Made by a program: the position numbers and the translations under genes. From Camelus ferus (taxonomy: Eukaryota), in contig NC_045697.1 in NCBI RefSeq assembly GCF_009834535.1, forward strand, positions 99,078,001 to 99,142,000: DNA of 64,000 bases, read 5' to 3'. The notes below the pieces were generated by a model. That model searched no databases. It worked only from the letters and a program-made list of their open reading frames with translations, and was not told the origin of the DNA. The stretch's first letter is position 1; each line of letters opens with the position of its first letter. This document shows positions 39,936 to 53,074 of this stretch, piece after piece.

Positions 39936-42274
39936 TTCATGGAATTTTTATGCTTATCTTTTATTTGGAAAGTGGCACTCTTACATCACTACCACAAGTG
40001 GGAACAATTACACTTGTCCTCATTTATTTGAGTAAAAAGTTGTTGATTTATAGAAAAATAGTAAGAGGTAGATGCAGAGGCTAAAATTTTGACAGTAATA
40101 TAATAATGTTTGAAGTTTGGGAGATACCATACTATTTATAAAATTATAGGAGGAGATTCTGCATCTTCCTACTTTGTCGTTCATGAGCTGAGAACTTCGT
40201 GCTGGGGAGCTTTGGACTTGCAGCAGGTTACATTCTTGGGCCATTGCTGGTTCTTGTTACTTCACGTAGTTTTCACAAATTTGATTTTCTTTCAAGTTAC
40301 TGCTGTCTCCTGGCTTTTCTGTATCTGGACTCCTCTTGTCCTAGGAATAAAATTGACACCATTTCCAAATATTTCACTTAAGTTGTTTATAAGTATACAA
40401 AGCCAGTTTCCTTGTTAGAAGTGTCTTGTTTATTTTGTTTGATTAGTCATGGCAGAACAGAAAGGGGTTAAAGAATAATAGCCAATAATTGGGGTGGGGT
40501 TGGGGGATTTGGAGCCATAAAATACCTTTAAGGGCACAGTATGGGTATTCTGGATTCTCTCTCAGAGGTGAATGGAAATGGTCCTTACTCCCTTCCCTGA
40601 ATTTCTTCTTGGATATTCCATAGCACTAGCCTAGTTTTTGCCTTAAGTTCTAAGGTTTAGGATAAACTTGACCAGAGCAGAGTAGATTCATTGCTAATAA
40701 AGCCATTTCAACTTTATCTAAGGTGGTTAGGGCAGGAACCCCTGGGATAACCAGTTCATTCCAAGCCTGCTTGGCTACCTACCCTCTTTTTCAGGGTAGG
40801 CTCCCCTGAGCTCTGCAGATCCCCAAGAGGGAATGCACTTTCTTTTTTGGCTCTCCGGAACCAAAACATTGAGTCCCTTCAGCTTCCCTTGATGGTCTCA
40901 TGGTCTTGTCAGCAGCAGAAATGCTGCCTTTTCCCCTACTCTTTTCTCCTGCTGCTATGCCCTAAGCCGAGCCCTATGCCCTATACTAAGTATAGCCGAG
41001 AAGTGCAGTGTTATGACTGATTCTTTCTTTGAGTGGAACTTGACATCTCATAGCAATCACTTCAAGGTCCCTCTGACCACTACTGAACTCCCTATTTTCC
41101 TGTCTGCGGGTTGCCTCAGGTTGGATATTTATTTGTCAAGCAGAGATGATGATTATAGAGTCTAACTTATCCTAGTTACTAGCCTAGGGTCCCTTCTCTA
41201 GAGCCCCCATTCAATTCCTCTTCCCTTCCTCCAGGGAGAGCATTGGAGTAACTTTCTAGAGTTTTGTAGTCTTTTGCCAGAATACATTTTTTGAAATTAT
41301 GAAAATAGCAACTATAGTTTCACCAAGGGCCATTTCTTCTTGTTATTACTAAGCTTAGAAAATCCTAGCTAGTCATTTTGAGCACCTTGATCCCTTTAAA
41401 GGCTCTTATAAATCTAAAAAGTAGATCCAAGTAATAAGTTGATCTTGTAATTTAAATATATTCTCTCTGATTCTATCCTACGGGAAGAAGCAGCTGCTGA
41501 TGACCTCACTCTTTTTCATACACTTGAGGACCATCATTAAATGTCTTTCATCTTCAATTTTTTGAGGTTAGGTAGCACCAATTCAGCTTTTCCCCCCCAA
41601 TCATTAGAAAAACTTGGTTGTTCTCTTTAGACTAAAATTTTTCATATTATTTCTAAACCTGGCACCTGGAAGTATATATAGTATCCTAACAGTGGTTCCA
41701 TCAGTTCTGGGTAAGGTAGAAGAATTTCTTACTTCCTTCTTGTTAATGCACCACTGTTTTCTTAATGCTGAATTATTCAGTTTCTGTTCCAGAATTAACC
41801 TGCCACAGGGCACAAGTAAACTCAATCATCATGAATCTGAGTACTCTTTAGAAATATTAGCCTTTTCTTACTCTACTATAGTTCTGGGGGAGGGGTATTT
41901 TTTTGTTTGTTTGCCATTTTACTAACTTCTTATAGCGCTTTGAATTCTAAACCTGAAATTTAGAAATTAAAGCTATTGACCATAAAGCATGTCTAAAAAC
42001 TATGAAGAAAAGGAAAATTCAAAAGGACAGTAATTTTTCAAATATTCTGCAATACTAAAATTATAGTAATTTGAGTCACTTACCTCTGTATTAAGTACAA
42101 AAAATAAACAATAGAGAGACAATAAACACATATGCATTCTTCTTGCAAGTGTACATCAGCTGAAAGCACAAGGTGTACTTATCCACTGGGTTATAAAGGG
42201 CCAGCAAGGGGTCTCCAAGATAAGAGAATGACTGATGAGTTCTTCAAACTCCACCCTCCTCTAAAACCCACCTT

Positions 42275-42655
42275 ATTACTCAGCTGGGGCTACTGTAACA
42301 AAATGCCATAGACTGGGTGGCTTCAATGACAGGTATTTATTTTTCAGTTTTAGAGGCTACAAGTCTAAAATCAAGGTTCTGGCCAATTCTATTTCCAGTG
42401 AGAGCTCTCTTCTCTTGGCTTCATGTGTCCTCACATGGCCTTTTCTCTGTAGGGGTGGGGAGGGAGAGAGGGTCAGTCTGGCAGGTGTCAGAGCTCTCTG
42501 GTGTTTCTTCTTACAAGGACACCAGTCCTAGTGATTCAGGACCCCACCCTTCTGACCTCATTTAACCCTAATTCCTTACTCCAAATACAGCCTCACTGAG
42601 GGGGTTAGGGCTTCAGCATTTAAATTTTGGAGAGACACAAACATTTAGTCCATAC
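42275..42655 (-). mobile_element. MaLR LTR (MLT1A-like)
   Basis: ggctactgtaacaaaatgccatagactgggtggctt ... ctctggtgtttcttcttacaaggacacc ... acatttagtccata. Confidence 0.75.
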
Positions 42656-44215
42656 CACTACCAGACAGCTTCTGTCACACAAGCTAGATGATTCTCAGAT
42701 AGTCAGGGGACAAGTGGCAGCTAGAATTTGGATGAAATGCAAGCCTCACTCCCTCAGCTGCCCATCCTGTTCCTTAGCAAACGCGTCACTAAAATGCTGG
42801 TTAGATTCATGCCCTCCACCATTAGTAGCAACCTCCCTCTCGTGTTCCCACAATAAGGGTTACTTGACAAGGAGCAATTTAGATAGTTACAGATCTATAC
42901 AAAAAGACTGGCTCCAGCAACCTCTCATCCCCAAGCCTTTTCTGAGCATATTAACCTGTTGCTCTGACCCCTCCATCAGTGTAATAAACCAGACACTTCC
43001 CAGGGTCCAAAGCCAGCAGACCGAGGCTGGGTCATCTGGGTTAATAGTACAAGTTGCTCATGGCGGTGTGCAGCCTAGTGTTTTGGAACAAGTCACCAAA
43101 ACAAAAGACATAAGAAAAAGGAGCAACAAAAATCTCAAAGGGGAGAAACCTCCTTTTAGTTGCTTTGATGCTTTTTATTTTTTAAAAGATATACAGTGAG
43201 CATGGCATTAGGGAGCGTTCTCTGGCTGATCAGGTTTTCCCCTTTGGCAGATGGTTCAGATTTTCTACAAACGAGATTGTTACAAGCAAGTGTTTTGTGT
43301 TGAGTGTTCATGGGAAACTTATCAAAAAGCAGAAATATTCAAGTGCTTTAGGCCAAGGATCTCCCAAGTGATGTGCACACACAGAGGGTGTGTGCTAAGG
43401 AATCTGCTGTGTGGGTGAGGAAAATATTGGAGTTTTTTATATTTACCCCTAAAATATCTTTAAATTTCTATTTTGTATTTGTTTTGTAATGTATATTATA
43501 AACTCTTCTAGTCAAATGCATTAGCTGTGCTAGTGGACCAACCCCATATTCCCAGTGACTTAACGGGAGTTACGTCCTGCTCACGTCAAGGTCTTCCTGG
43601 TTGGGTGGACTTCCACTTGGGCTTTTGTGGCATAGGCTCCTTCCATCTAAGGGTTCTGTCCCCAGCCAGGTCCTCAGAGTTCTCTCCATTCAACTAGTGT
43701 GTGGGGGAAAGGAGAGCTTGGCACACTGTCTACTCAGCTTTTTGGCTCAGAAGTGACACATTTCATTTTACTTACATTCCATTGGCAAGAAGTAGCCCCA
43801 CCCAAATCCCAGGAGACTGGGAAGTGTAGTCCCTGACTTGGCAGCTACTGCTCAGAGCCAAGTTCACGCCATCCTTGTTAGCCGGCCACCTCTGCTACAG
43901 TGGGATGTGTACATATTTTTATGGCAGTTATGCAATTTTAGTCAGAGACTAGGGTTTTAGGAACTGTCAGACCCCAGTGTGATTCTTTTCCAATATGAAG
44001 TGAGCTTTCTAGTCCATACATCTAATTGCTGAGACAGGGGCCAAGCAGAACCTAGCTTGGGTCTGCCCTCACTGCTCCCAGCCCTCAGGTCCAGGTGGGA
44101 ATCTGCAATGGTCACATGTCCTGAGCCTCCAGGCCTCCTTGGAGTTGGGGGTGGACCATGGGGGCTTTCAGTGACTTTAACCTTCAGTCTCCACAGGCTC
44201 CACCAGCCCATCCTC

Positions 44216-44404
44216 TAGGGTGGCCGACTCTTTCCAGTTTGGGACTTTTCCAGTTTTAGCCCTCAGATTCCTGTGTCCCAGGACATCTCTCAGTTCCAGG
44301 CAAACCAAGCCAATTTACCAGGGATTGTGCTGATTTTAAAAATCAAAGTCTCACATTCTGAAAACCTTTTCAGGCCGGGGAAAACCAGGATGGTTGGTCA
44401 CCCC
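44216..44404. mobile_element. hAT-Blackjack MITE (MER94/MER81-like)
   Basis: Termini tagggtggcc ... ggttggtcaccc with an internally duplicated body. Confidence 0.55.
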
Positions 44405-45771
44405 ACTGTCCTTCCAGCAAAGACTTTTTCTGTTATCCCTGGGTGGAATTTGAGCCCCGGGTGACACCTGCCTGTAACAGAAAATAAGCTGCTCTCTAAT
44501 CTTCTGGGAAGCTTAACTATCAAAGAGCACAGGATTATAGTGCAAAGAGGGTCTCACCAGGGAAGAGTAGACAGACTAGTTCTCCCTCAGTGTGGACATG
44601 CAGGAAAGGGGGCATCCGTCAGTGGTCAGTGTTTTGAGCATAACATGGCGGCCCAAACAAGGACGTGGTGACATGCACAGGTTTGGTAAAAGAATTTACC
44701 AGAAGTTAAGCATAAGAATAGAAAGGAGTTTACTAGAGTACATTGTCATAGGCAAGAGTGGGCCACACAGAGGTGCCTGTGTGAGCGCCAAGGGCTGGTT
44801 GTTGGGGTCTTTTTTAAGGTTGGGTCACAAGGTGCCTGACTGGCTTGTGCACAAGTCTGTGGTTGGTTTTAGGTGAGGTAAGAGGTTTAGGGTCCATGAA
44901 GGGCGGTGGGGGCCTGATAAGGTGGGCATTACCTGGGGCTGTTAGTTTTTAAGGGGAATCATGCCCAGTAAAGAATGTACTTTATCTGGGAGCCCAGAAA
45001 TGGGGGTCATTGGACTTTGAAGGGACATCACTTGGCCCAACAGTCAGAACCAATGTTACCCCTCTGTTCCTGCAAGGGGTCATTGACACAGTGGCTGCCA
45101 GCTGATTTCTGTCCCTTAGATTTTTCCTGAGGCTCTTCTGTAATATGTCTGTCTTCATGTCCAAAAAGAGACTGTCAATTATTTTCATGTCAATGTAACT
45201 GTAATTCGTCACTGATAGGGTTGTGAAGAACAGGTTTTCAGAGTTTGATCCCCTTGAGTTAAAGTGTCTGCTGACGGTTACTGTGAATGAGCTGACCTGG
45301 GACACATCTGGGCATGGACGGCTGAACGGTGGTGTGGGGGTTCTGCAGGGGCAGCAGAAGGACATGGTCACGTGGCGAAGGGGGTCATTATTGCGTGTTG
45401 GAATGAGATTCCACTTATTCCGAGGCCAAGGAATACCTGGTGTCTTCAGCAAGCAGCAGCAGGGAAGACCATTAGCGATAGCAGGGCCCCAGTCCTGGCT
45501 GTCAGAGAATTATTTTCAGTCTCTGAAAGATGAAAGCAAGAAATGGACACAGCCCTAGGGCTTAAAGGCAAGTCAGTAAATGAGGAACCGGGAGAAAAGT
45601 TACAGTGCGCGCAGCTGGGACATGAGGTTGGGTGAGACCAAGAGTGACTAACCGCTCTTGGGAGAGGAGCGTGAGAGATACACTAAACTGTCGAAGTACC
45701 CCACGCTGTGCCCTCTGGGAGCACAAATGCAGTTAAACTCACTTCCGTGCCTGTGTCTCAAGTGATTTCTT

Positions 45772-46007
45772 TAACTTTTTTTTTAATTGAGTTATAGTCA
45801 GTTTACAATGTTGTGTCAAATTCCAGTGTAGAGCACAGTTTTTCAGTTATACATGAACGTACATATATTCATTGTCACATTCTTCTTTGCTGTGAGCTGC
45901 CACAAGGTCTTGTATATGTTTCCCTGTACTATACAGTATGATCTTGTTTATCTATTCTACATATGCCTGTCAGTATCTACAAATTTTGAACTCCCAGTCT
46001 GGGAGTC
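45772..46007 (-). mobile_element. Short L1 3' UTR insertion with an 11-bp TSD
   Basis: agtgatttctt at 45761-45771 and 46008-46018; same 3' UTR type as the L1 at 34629. Confidence 0.85.
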
Positions 46008-47544
46008 AGTGATTTCTTACTACCCACTTCCCCTGCCTTCCCAGTTGCTTCCTTGAGCCCCAGGGGATGTGGGCAGGGACACAGCTCTGCTGGCTAGCGA
46101 TTGACGGGAGGGGCTGTGCCCCAGTCCTGGGAGTGCGGTACTCCTCTCCAGATTCTAGAGTCTTCTGTGACCGCATGGGGGCTGCTCAGTGGTCTGTGGC
46201 AGAGGGAGGTGAGGGCCGTGGCTCTCCCCAAGTCTCTGTCACTTTGTCATTTGAGGCATGGCACTGCAGGCGTCTGGAGTCTCACCAAGCCTTTCATAAA
46301 GGCCATCCTGCAACTTTCAGCCTGGTCTCCACTGGGGTGTGAAACTGGTTCCCTGGCTCGGGCAAGGAGAAAGACCCCGGAACATCCCTCTTTCTGATTG
46401 CCTCATTCTTTCTTGCCCCGGAGGCCTCCTTCCGCTTGCAGATGAGACACACAAAAGTGCACGTGCATCTCACCGTGTGGGGCAGACACACACAGGGGCC
46501 GCAGATCCCAGCCCCTGTTGGGCTTGGCTGGGATGCTTTTATATAATATCTCTCTGTCCCACACACCTACTCAAGGCCACTAGAACTGCAGTGGGGAATA
46601 AAACCTTCTAAATAGTTAGACTTTTATGAAAAATAAAATGGACTGGTTTTGAAGGTGACTTTTTAGAATCTCATCATGGCTAATTTTGAGTCCTGTTGTG
46701 GAAAAACTTAACCCTTAAATTTTGAATAATTTAAGGTGTTTTACAATAGTAGATACAAGATGGGACAACTGTGTTTTGTTTTCAAAAAGGATCATATAAA
46801 ACTCCAATGAGTGTGAAAAATAGAGCATTCTTCTGCTCGTAATCTCTTTTACTTCATGGAAAGTAGGTCTATGGATTTAGCTGAGGAAAAGGAAATGTTT
46901 TTAACATAGCTGTAATTATTCTGACCATTCACATTTATAAAGTGTCTTTTCACTTAACCTGCCATAGCAACTTACAAACTTTAAAAGATATTAGTAAAAA
47001 GGCAATCATCAGAAGCAAAATGATGCCAATGACAGAAAACAGCAGAAAGACGAATCTTGGTTACTTCCCTGAGTACAAGAAATTTGTGGCTATGGTTTGT
47101 GAGGATATCAATGTCATGACCTTCCTTGGGTCATTATGGCCTTTCAGGCCTTAAAGACAAACAGTTAAAAAAAAAAAAAAGAAAAGAAAAGAAAAGCACT
47201 TGGCATTCATATTCTGCATTTCTGATTTTCCAAGGGTCTGATGATCGCTCTCCTGGCTCTCCTTGGAGAGTGGCGTAAGTTTATGGTCGTCATTGCTGGC
47301 ACAGGGTTAGAAATGTCCACTTGTTTCTGACTCTGCACAGCCATAGTCTTTTATGCACATTGAGTGAGTTATGCAGTTAACTATGCAGTTTTCTTACCCA
47401 GTTTTAAGACATGGTTAAATTACTATCAGGGAGGTTTTTTTCTCATGTAGTTGTGTCATAAACTAATAAGGTTGAACTGATCATCCATAATTTCCTGTAG
47501 ATTTATGGAGAATGAGGAAAGAACTACAGTCTGTAATGATGCTT

Positions 47545-50282
47545 TCTTTTTTTTAAGTTAGAGATTTTTTTCAGATTGACGTATAATTGAAAAATTGTCA
47601 TATATATAAAGTGTACAACATGTTTTGATATACATGTAATTTGTGAATGGATTTCCCCCACTGAGGTAATTAACACATCCATTACATCCTTACATATTTA
47701 ACCCTTCTCATGTTTACTTTTTTTTGTGTGAGAATACTTAAGTTCTACTCTTAGCAGATTTCAATTATACAATAAAATCTATAGTCATCATGTTATATAT
47801 TAGATCCTCAGACCTTACTCATCTAATAACTGAAAGTTTATACCCTTTTACTAGCCTGTTTTGATTTTGCTCACCCCCTGCCCCTGACAACCACCAATCT
47901 ACTCTGTTTCTGTGAGTTTACATTTTTTTTTTTTTTTAAAGATTCCCCATATAGGTGATACCATGCAGTATTTGTTTTTCTCTGCCTGGCTTATTTCACT
48001 TAGCATAATGCCCTCCTGGTTCATCCATGTTGTCACAAATAGCAAGATTTCCTTCCTTTTAAAGGCTAAATAATATTCCATTGTATGTGTATGTGTATGA
48101 TGTTTTCTTTATCCATTCAACCACTTTCAAACACTTAGCTTGTTTCCATATCTTGACTACTGTGAATAACACTATAGTCAAGATGAGAGTATAGGTGTCT
48201 CTTAAAGATAGTGATTTTGTTTCCTTTGGATATATACCCAGGAGTGCACTTGCTTGCCAGTTGCTTTTTCTTGTCTTTTTGATAATAGTCATTCTCATAG
48301 GTGTGAGATGATACCTCTGTGGTTTCGATTTGCATTTCCCTGGTGATTAGTGATGTTGAGCACTTTTTCATGTACCTGTTGATCATTTATGTCTTTGGAA
48401 AAATGTCTATTCAAGTTCTTTGCTCATTTTTAAATTGGATTATTTGGTTTTTTCTGTTGCGTTATGTGTTCTTTGTATATTTTGGATATTAACCCCTTAT
48501 TGAATGTGTAGTTTGCAAAAATTTTTTTTCCATCCCATAGGTTGCCTTTTTATTTTGTTAGTGGTTTCCTTTGTTGTGCAAAAGCTTTTTCATTTGATGT
48601 GATCTTACTTATTTTTGGTTTTGTTGCCTCTGCTTTTAGTGTCAAATTAAAAAAATCATTGCCAAGACCAATGTCAAGGATCTTTTCCCCTATGTCTTCT
48701 TCTAAGAGTTTTATGGGTTCTGGTCTTTAGGTTCAAATCTTTAATCTATTTTGAGTTGATTTTTGTGTATGATATAAGACAGGGGTACAGTTTCATTCTT
48801 TTGCATGTGGCTGGCCAGTGTTCCCAGCATCATTTACTGAAGAGACTCTGCTTTCCCCATTCTATGTCCTTGGCTCTTTTGTTAAAATGAATTGACCATA
48901 TATGTGTTTGTTTCTGACTGTATTTGTGGTTACCATGAAGCTTACATAAAACATCCTATATTTTTAACAGTTTATCTTGAGCAGATAGCAATCTAGCAAT
49001 CTAACTTGGAAGTATTCAAAAGCTCTACATTTTTATACTCCTTCCTAATTTTATGTTTTTGATGTCACAAATTTATATTTTTAATATTGTATATCCATTA
49101 ACAAATTATTGTAGTTTTAATACTCTTGTCTTTCAACCTTTAGAGTATATAAGTGTTTTGCCCATCATCACTGCAATATTAGAGTATTCTGAATTTAATT
49201 ATATATTTACCTTTACCAGTGAGTTGTATACGTTCATATAGTTTCATGTCAGTAATTAGCATCCTTCCATTTCAACTTGAAGATCTCCCTTTAACATTTC
49301 TTAGAAGGCAGGTCTAGTGGTGATGAACTTCTTCAGCTTTTGTTTGTAAAATTCCTTCTCGTCCCTTCAGTTTTGAAGGACAGCTTTGCAGGGTAGAGTA
49401 TTCTTAGTCGGCTGTTTTTTTCTTTCAGCACTTTGAATATATCTTCCCACTCCCTTCTGGCTTGCAAGGTCAGAAGGTCACTGCTTTTTTGTTTACTATG
49501 GTTCTATGGGACTTGTGCAAGCCTCATTGGCTATCAGAGCTAGGTGATTTGGACACCTGTCCCTTGGAGAGCAGCTGCAAAAGCTGGGTGCCAGATGTGT
49601 GTATAAACTCCTTTCAGAGATGCTGGCAATCTGGTTTTATTGTTGGAGCAAACTAAAGGGAGTAGGCAAGAGAAGTGCCCCCATCAGCTCCCCTGGATCC
49701 AGAGAGAATGTCAGCCAGCCCCTAGATACATGCTAAACTAGAAGCTGGGCCCTCAGGCATCAGCTTGTAAAGTATGGAGTCAGACCCGTTATAAAGACTG
49801 GAGACAGGTGGTTTTGCCTGCTCCCTCGGCAGTAAGCTCCAGAGGGATAGCTGTAGTCAGTGCTCACCTGCTCTGTTAGGAACTGCTGCTTTGTTTGCTG
49901 AGGTCCTATGGGTCTCAGGGATACAGGCCCTCCTGGCTTGCAGAACTAGGTGTTTGGGGGACCCAGCCCTCAGATGGGAGTCTTAAAAGTCGAGGTGTTA
50001 GACATGTAGTCCAAACCCTTTGCTCCTCAGGGAGAAGCTGGGGGTTGAGGGTTTCCCCCTGAATGTAGGGTGCTGTGCTGGGCGTGCTGTTTATGGGAAG
50101 GTGGGGCTCAGCCTTTCCTACTTGTTCCAGTGTGGCTGTTTTCTCATTTGCCTGGTGTGTGGGAATCATTCAGCTGGTTTCTGGGTATCTTTCAGAGGGA
50201 ACTACTCTGTGTGTATCTGTACTTCCAGTGCATCTGTGAGAGGAGGGAAGTTCAGAAGCCTCCCATGTTACCATCTTGGTCA
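47545..50282 (-). mobile_element. Older, internally deleted L1 sequence (3' end, ORF1 part and 5' UTR)
   Basis: Peptide EYYLAFKRKEILLFVTTWMNQEGIMLSEISQ; ORF1-type ggtctagtggtgatgaac...; 5' start ccatcttggtc (gaccaagatgg on the minus strand) near 50281. May be more than one element. Confidence 0.7.
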
Positions 50283-51313
50283 CAAAAACAAAACCAAACA
50301 ACTGAAACAAAACACTTTTCCATTATGAAAAGAAGAATCACTCATGGTGACCTGGGTTAGAAGACTCAGTCTTCAAGAACCAGAATCAACTATTTCTGGG
50401 TCAATTGCCTCATAACCTTAAGTAATCAAGCTTTAAGGCTTCAGGAAGGAGGTAGGATCATTTCTAATCCTATGACCAGTCCAGCAGGATCAGCTCAGGA
50501 CCTCATTAAAGTTTTTTTCTGGTTGTGATATTGTTAGCAAAGGGCTCAGCCAACCTAACCAAGATCACTTAGGGGCATAGCACAGGAAGGAAGATGAATA
50601 GAATTCATCTTTTTTCCCTTTGCTAGGTGCAGATAAATTAATTATAGTTCCCAGAGAACCTATTCCCTTCTGCTTAAAATAGTATCAAATTTTCCATTCA
50701 AGTCTTCTATGAATAGAAGCAATCTGATTTGACATTAGGACAGAGCTTTGTAATCTGGAGATGACACAGTCTACTTATGATTCTCCGTGAGGCATCAGTC
50801 AGTTTGGGTTCTCAGTCTTTAGTTTTTTTTCTTCTGTAAAATGGGAATGAAATATGCTCATTAATTTATTTCAGGAGGTTTTAAAGAAATTATTTAAAAA
50901 CCATTTTTAATGTGCTGAGTAACACAAATGGAAGGCAATAGAAGTGAGGGAATTCTGGGGAAGAAATTCATTTAATGTGAATTGACTTATTTTCTGGGTT
51001 ATTTAGGTAAGATACAAATGATCTCTAGGCTCAGGATCAGGATCATCTCGAGGCCTGTCTTTTGGAAAATAGCTACGATTCATTCTACTGGCAACTTATA
51101 TGTAGGAGAGTGATTCTTGGCCCTTCTCTGAAGTTTAAACAGTGGTGGAGTCCCACCTTGAAAGACTCATTTTTACCTGTAAGGACATTTAAGCTCTTTA
51201 AGTTAATTCTTATATTTTTGTAAGAAGAGACTGGGCATTTACCTCTAGATGAAATCTCACTGCTTTGGTGTATAGTTTTCTCATAAAATAACCCACATCT
51301 CTTTTTTCTGTAG

Positions 51314-51385
51314 ACAAAACTGCTGTGGAGTTTTACCCAGTATTCATGATTACATTGTGGATGGCTGGGTTGTATTTCAACCAAG
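51314..51385 (+). CDS. MGST2: MGST2 exon 3 (72 nt, carries a +1 frameshift; corrected reading QN.VEFYPVFMITLWMAGLYFNQ)
   Basis: Acceptor cttttttctgtag|aca; donor ccaag|gtaagt; reads AAC TGC T GTG GAG TTT TAC, one base too many between Asn and Val-Glu. Confidence 0.92.
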
Positions 51386-53074
51386 GTAAGTTTAAAATAC
51401 AGTCAACTCTGTTGTAATGACGACTACAGTTCTTACCGTATTAAGCAGCAGGTATGCAGCTACACATCTACCGATCCTGGAAATTGCTTTAAACAACATA
51501 AGCACAAAGAGCAGTGAGCTGCACATGACCTAACTCAGGCTTCATTCCAGTTTATTTCAGTGATTAGATTAAAAAATTGGAACAAACTGTATGTTGGGGA
51601 CTCCAGAATGAAAATGACATGTGCTTGTCTTCAGTCTAATACTCTAAATTCCAGTTTATCTATAAGAACAGAATTAACAATTCACCCTAATTATTTTACC
51701 TAATATTTATTGAGTATTATGTTGTAGGTACTATTTAAGTGTCATACATATATTATCTCATGTTTGGATTTATAGGATTAAAAACCTTCCTATGAGGTAG
51801 GTTCTATAATTAATTCCTATTTTACAGGTGAGGAAACTGAAGTACAGAGAGATTAAGTAATTTGTACAACTTTACCAGTGTAGGAGAAAATTAGCTTTCA
51901 AGTACAGAGTAGGGTTTATAGGTATTTGACCCCTAAAACCCAAAGAATGTAGTGTGACTGATGGATGTAGCAACTCTGTGAACACCCACTTTATTTGAAC
52001 GGGGTATCCTTGGGGGCTGAGGGCTTCACCCAGACTCTACTCGTCCCTTTCACAGGAGGTCAGACTAGCACCAGCTGCCTTATTTGGAGAAATTTAATCC
52101 TTTACTTTGATAACTCTCGTGGCCTCATTTGGGTTTGACACTTGATTGTTAAGATTTGAATCAACCAAAATCCAGCTGCTTTCAAAGGCAACCCTATCAC
52201 TTCCTTCTTGTAATTTTTACTTTTGACTGAGGAATTTCAGATACAATGTCTTTCCAAGAATGACTTAACTTTATTCCAGCTCACATTTTTATCCATTAAG
52301 GGCAAAAATGAGGGCAGTAGTTCCTTGTCAGGTAAGACCACGTTCACAACTAATCAGAAAAGTGCCCTTTGATAATGGGACTCAGCCTCTGCCATCTGAC
52401 CTGTAATGGGCAGAATGAGACCACCCACCTGTCAGGAAATCCTGAAATGATTTCTTGGGTATCTTGTCCTAATTTTGATTCTTTCTCATCCAGAGCAGAT
52501 TGCCCGTTCGGTTCTGCCTTGAACGGTTCTCAGTGGCTTTGTGGGAGTAACTGATCAGACAAAGTTTCAGAACTGCTTCCTCAGGGGCCCTGCCACCCTT
52601 CTCCTCCACATCTTTGCTCGGCCCCCTGTTCTCATCCTTTAGGGCCTGGCACAAACGTCATCCCCTGGGAGGGGCCTTCGCTGACCCCTTCCTAAAGGCG
52701 GCCTCCTCCAGTTCCCACTGTCCATCCCCATTCATTCCTTTCCCAGCACGTTCAAGTCTGTACTTTTCTTCTCATTTTCCCCTGTCTTTGCTAATAACCC
52801 CATAAGGGCAGGGAGCTTGTATCTTTTCACTGCTAACCCCAATCCTTGGAATACCTGGTATATAGTAGAAACAAAAAAAAAGTTTGACCTAATAAAACAA
52901 TGAATTTAATTTTATCCAGCATATTGGAATCCCACAGACAGGCTTCAGGTGTTTACAAGATGGCAGTGTGCATCCATGAAGTGCTGAGAAAGAGAAGGGG
53001 TCCCTAGCATAGGGAAGATCCTGAGATTTTTCACTGGACAGGGTGGCAGAACATCACACCACATTTTACACTTC

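Noticed and set aside
40400..42270. Possible ancient retroelement interior or processed pseudogene
   Set aside because: No recognisable peptide or terminal structure; needs an HMM search to decide.
42627..43199. 190-aa ORF on the + strand in intron 2
   Set aside because: TTG start inside an MLT1 LTR, no recognisable domain and no splice support.
44630..45035. Possible minus-strand LTR
   Set aside because: Composition is suggestive, but I could not fix the termini or a TSD.
51329..51341. Alternative AG acceptors inside exon 3
   Set aside because: They give 55- or 45-nt exons; neither restores the frame, and both lack a polypyrimidine tract.
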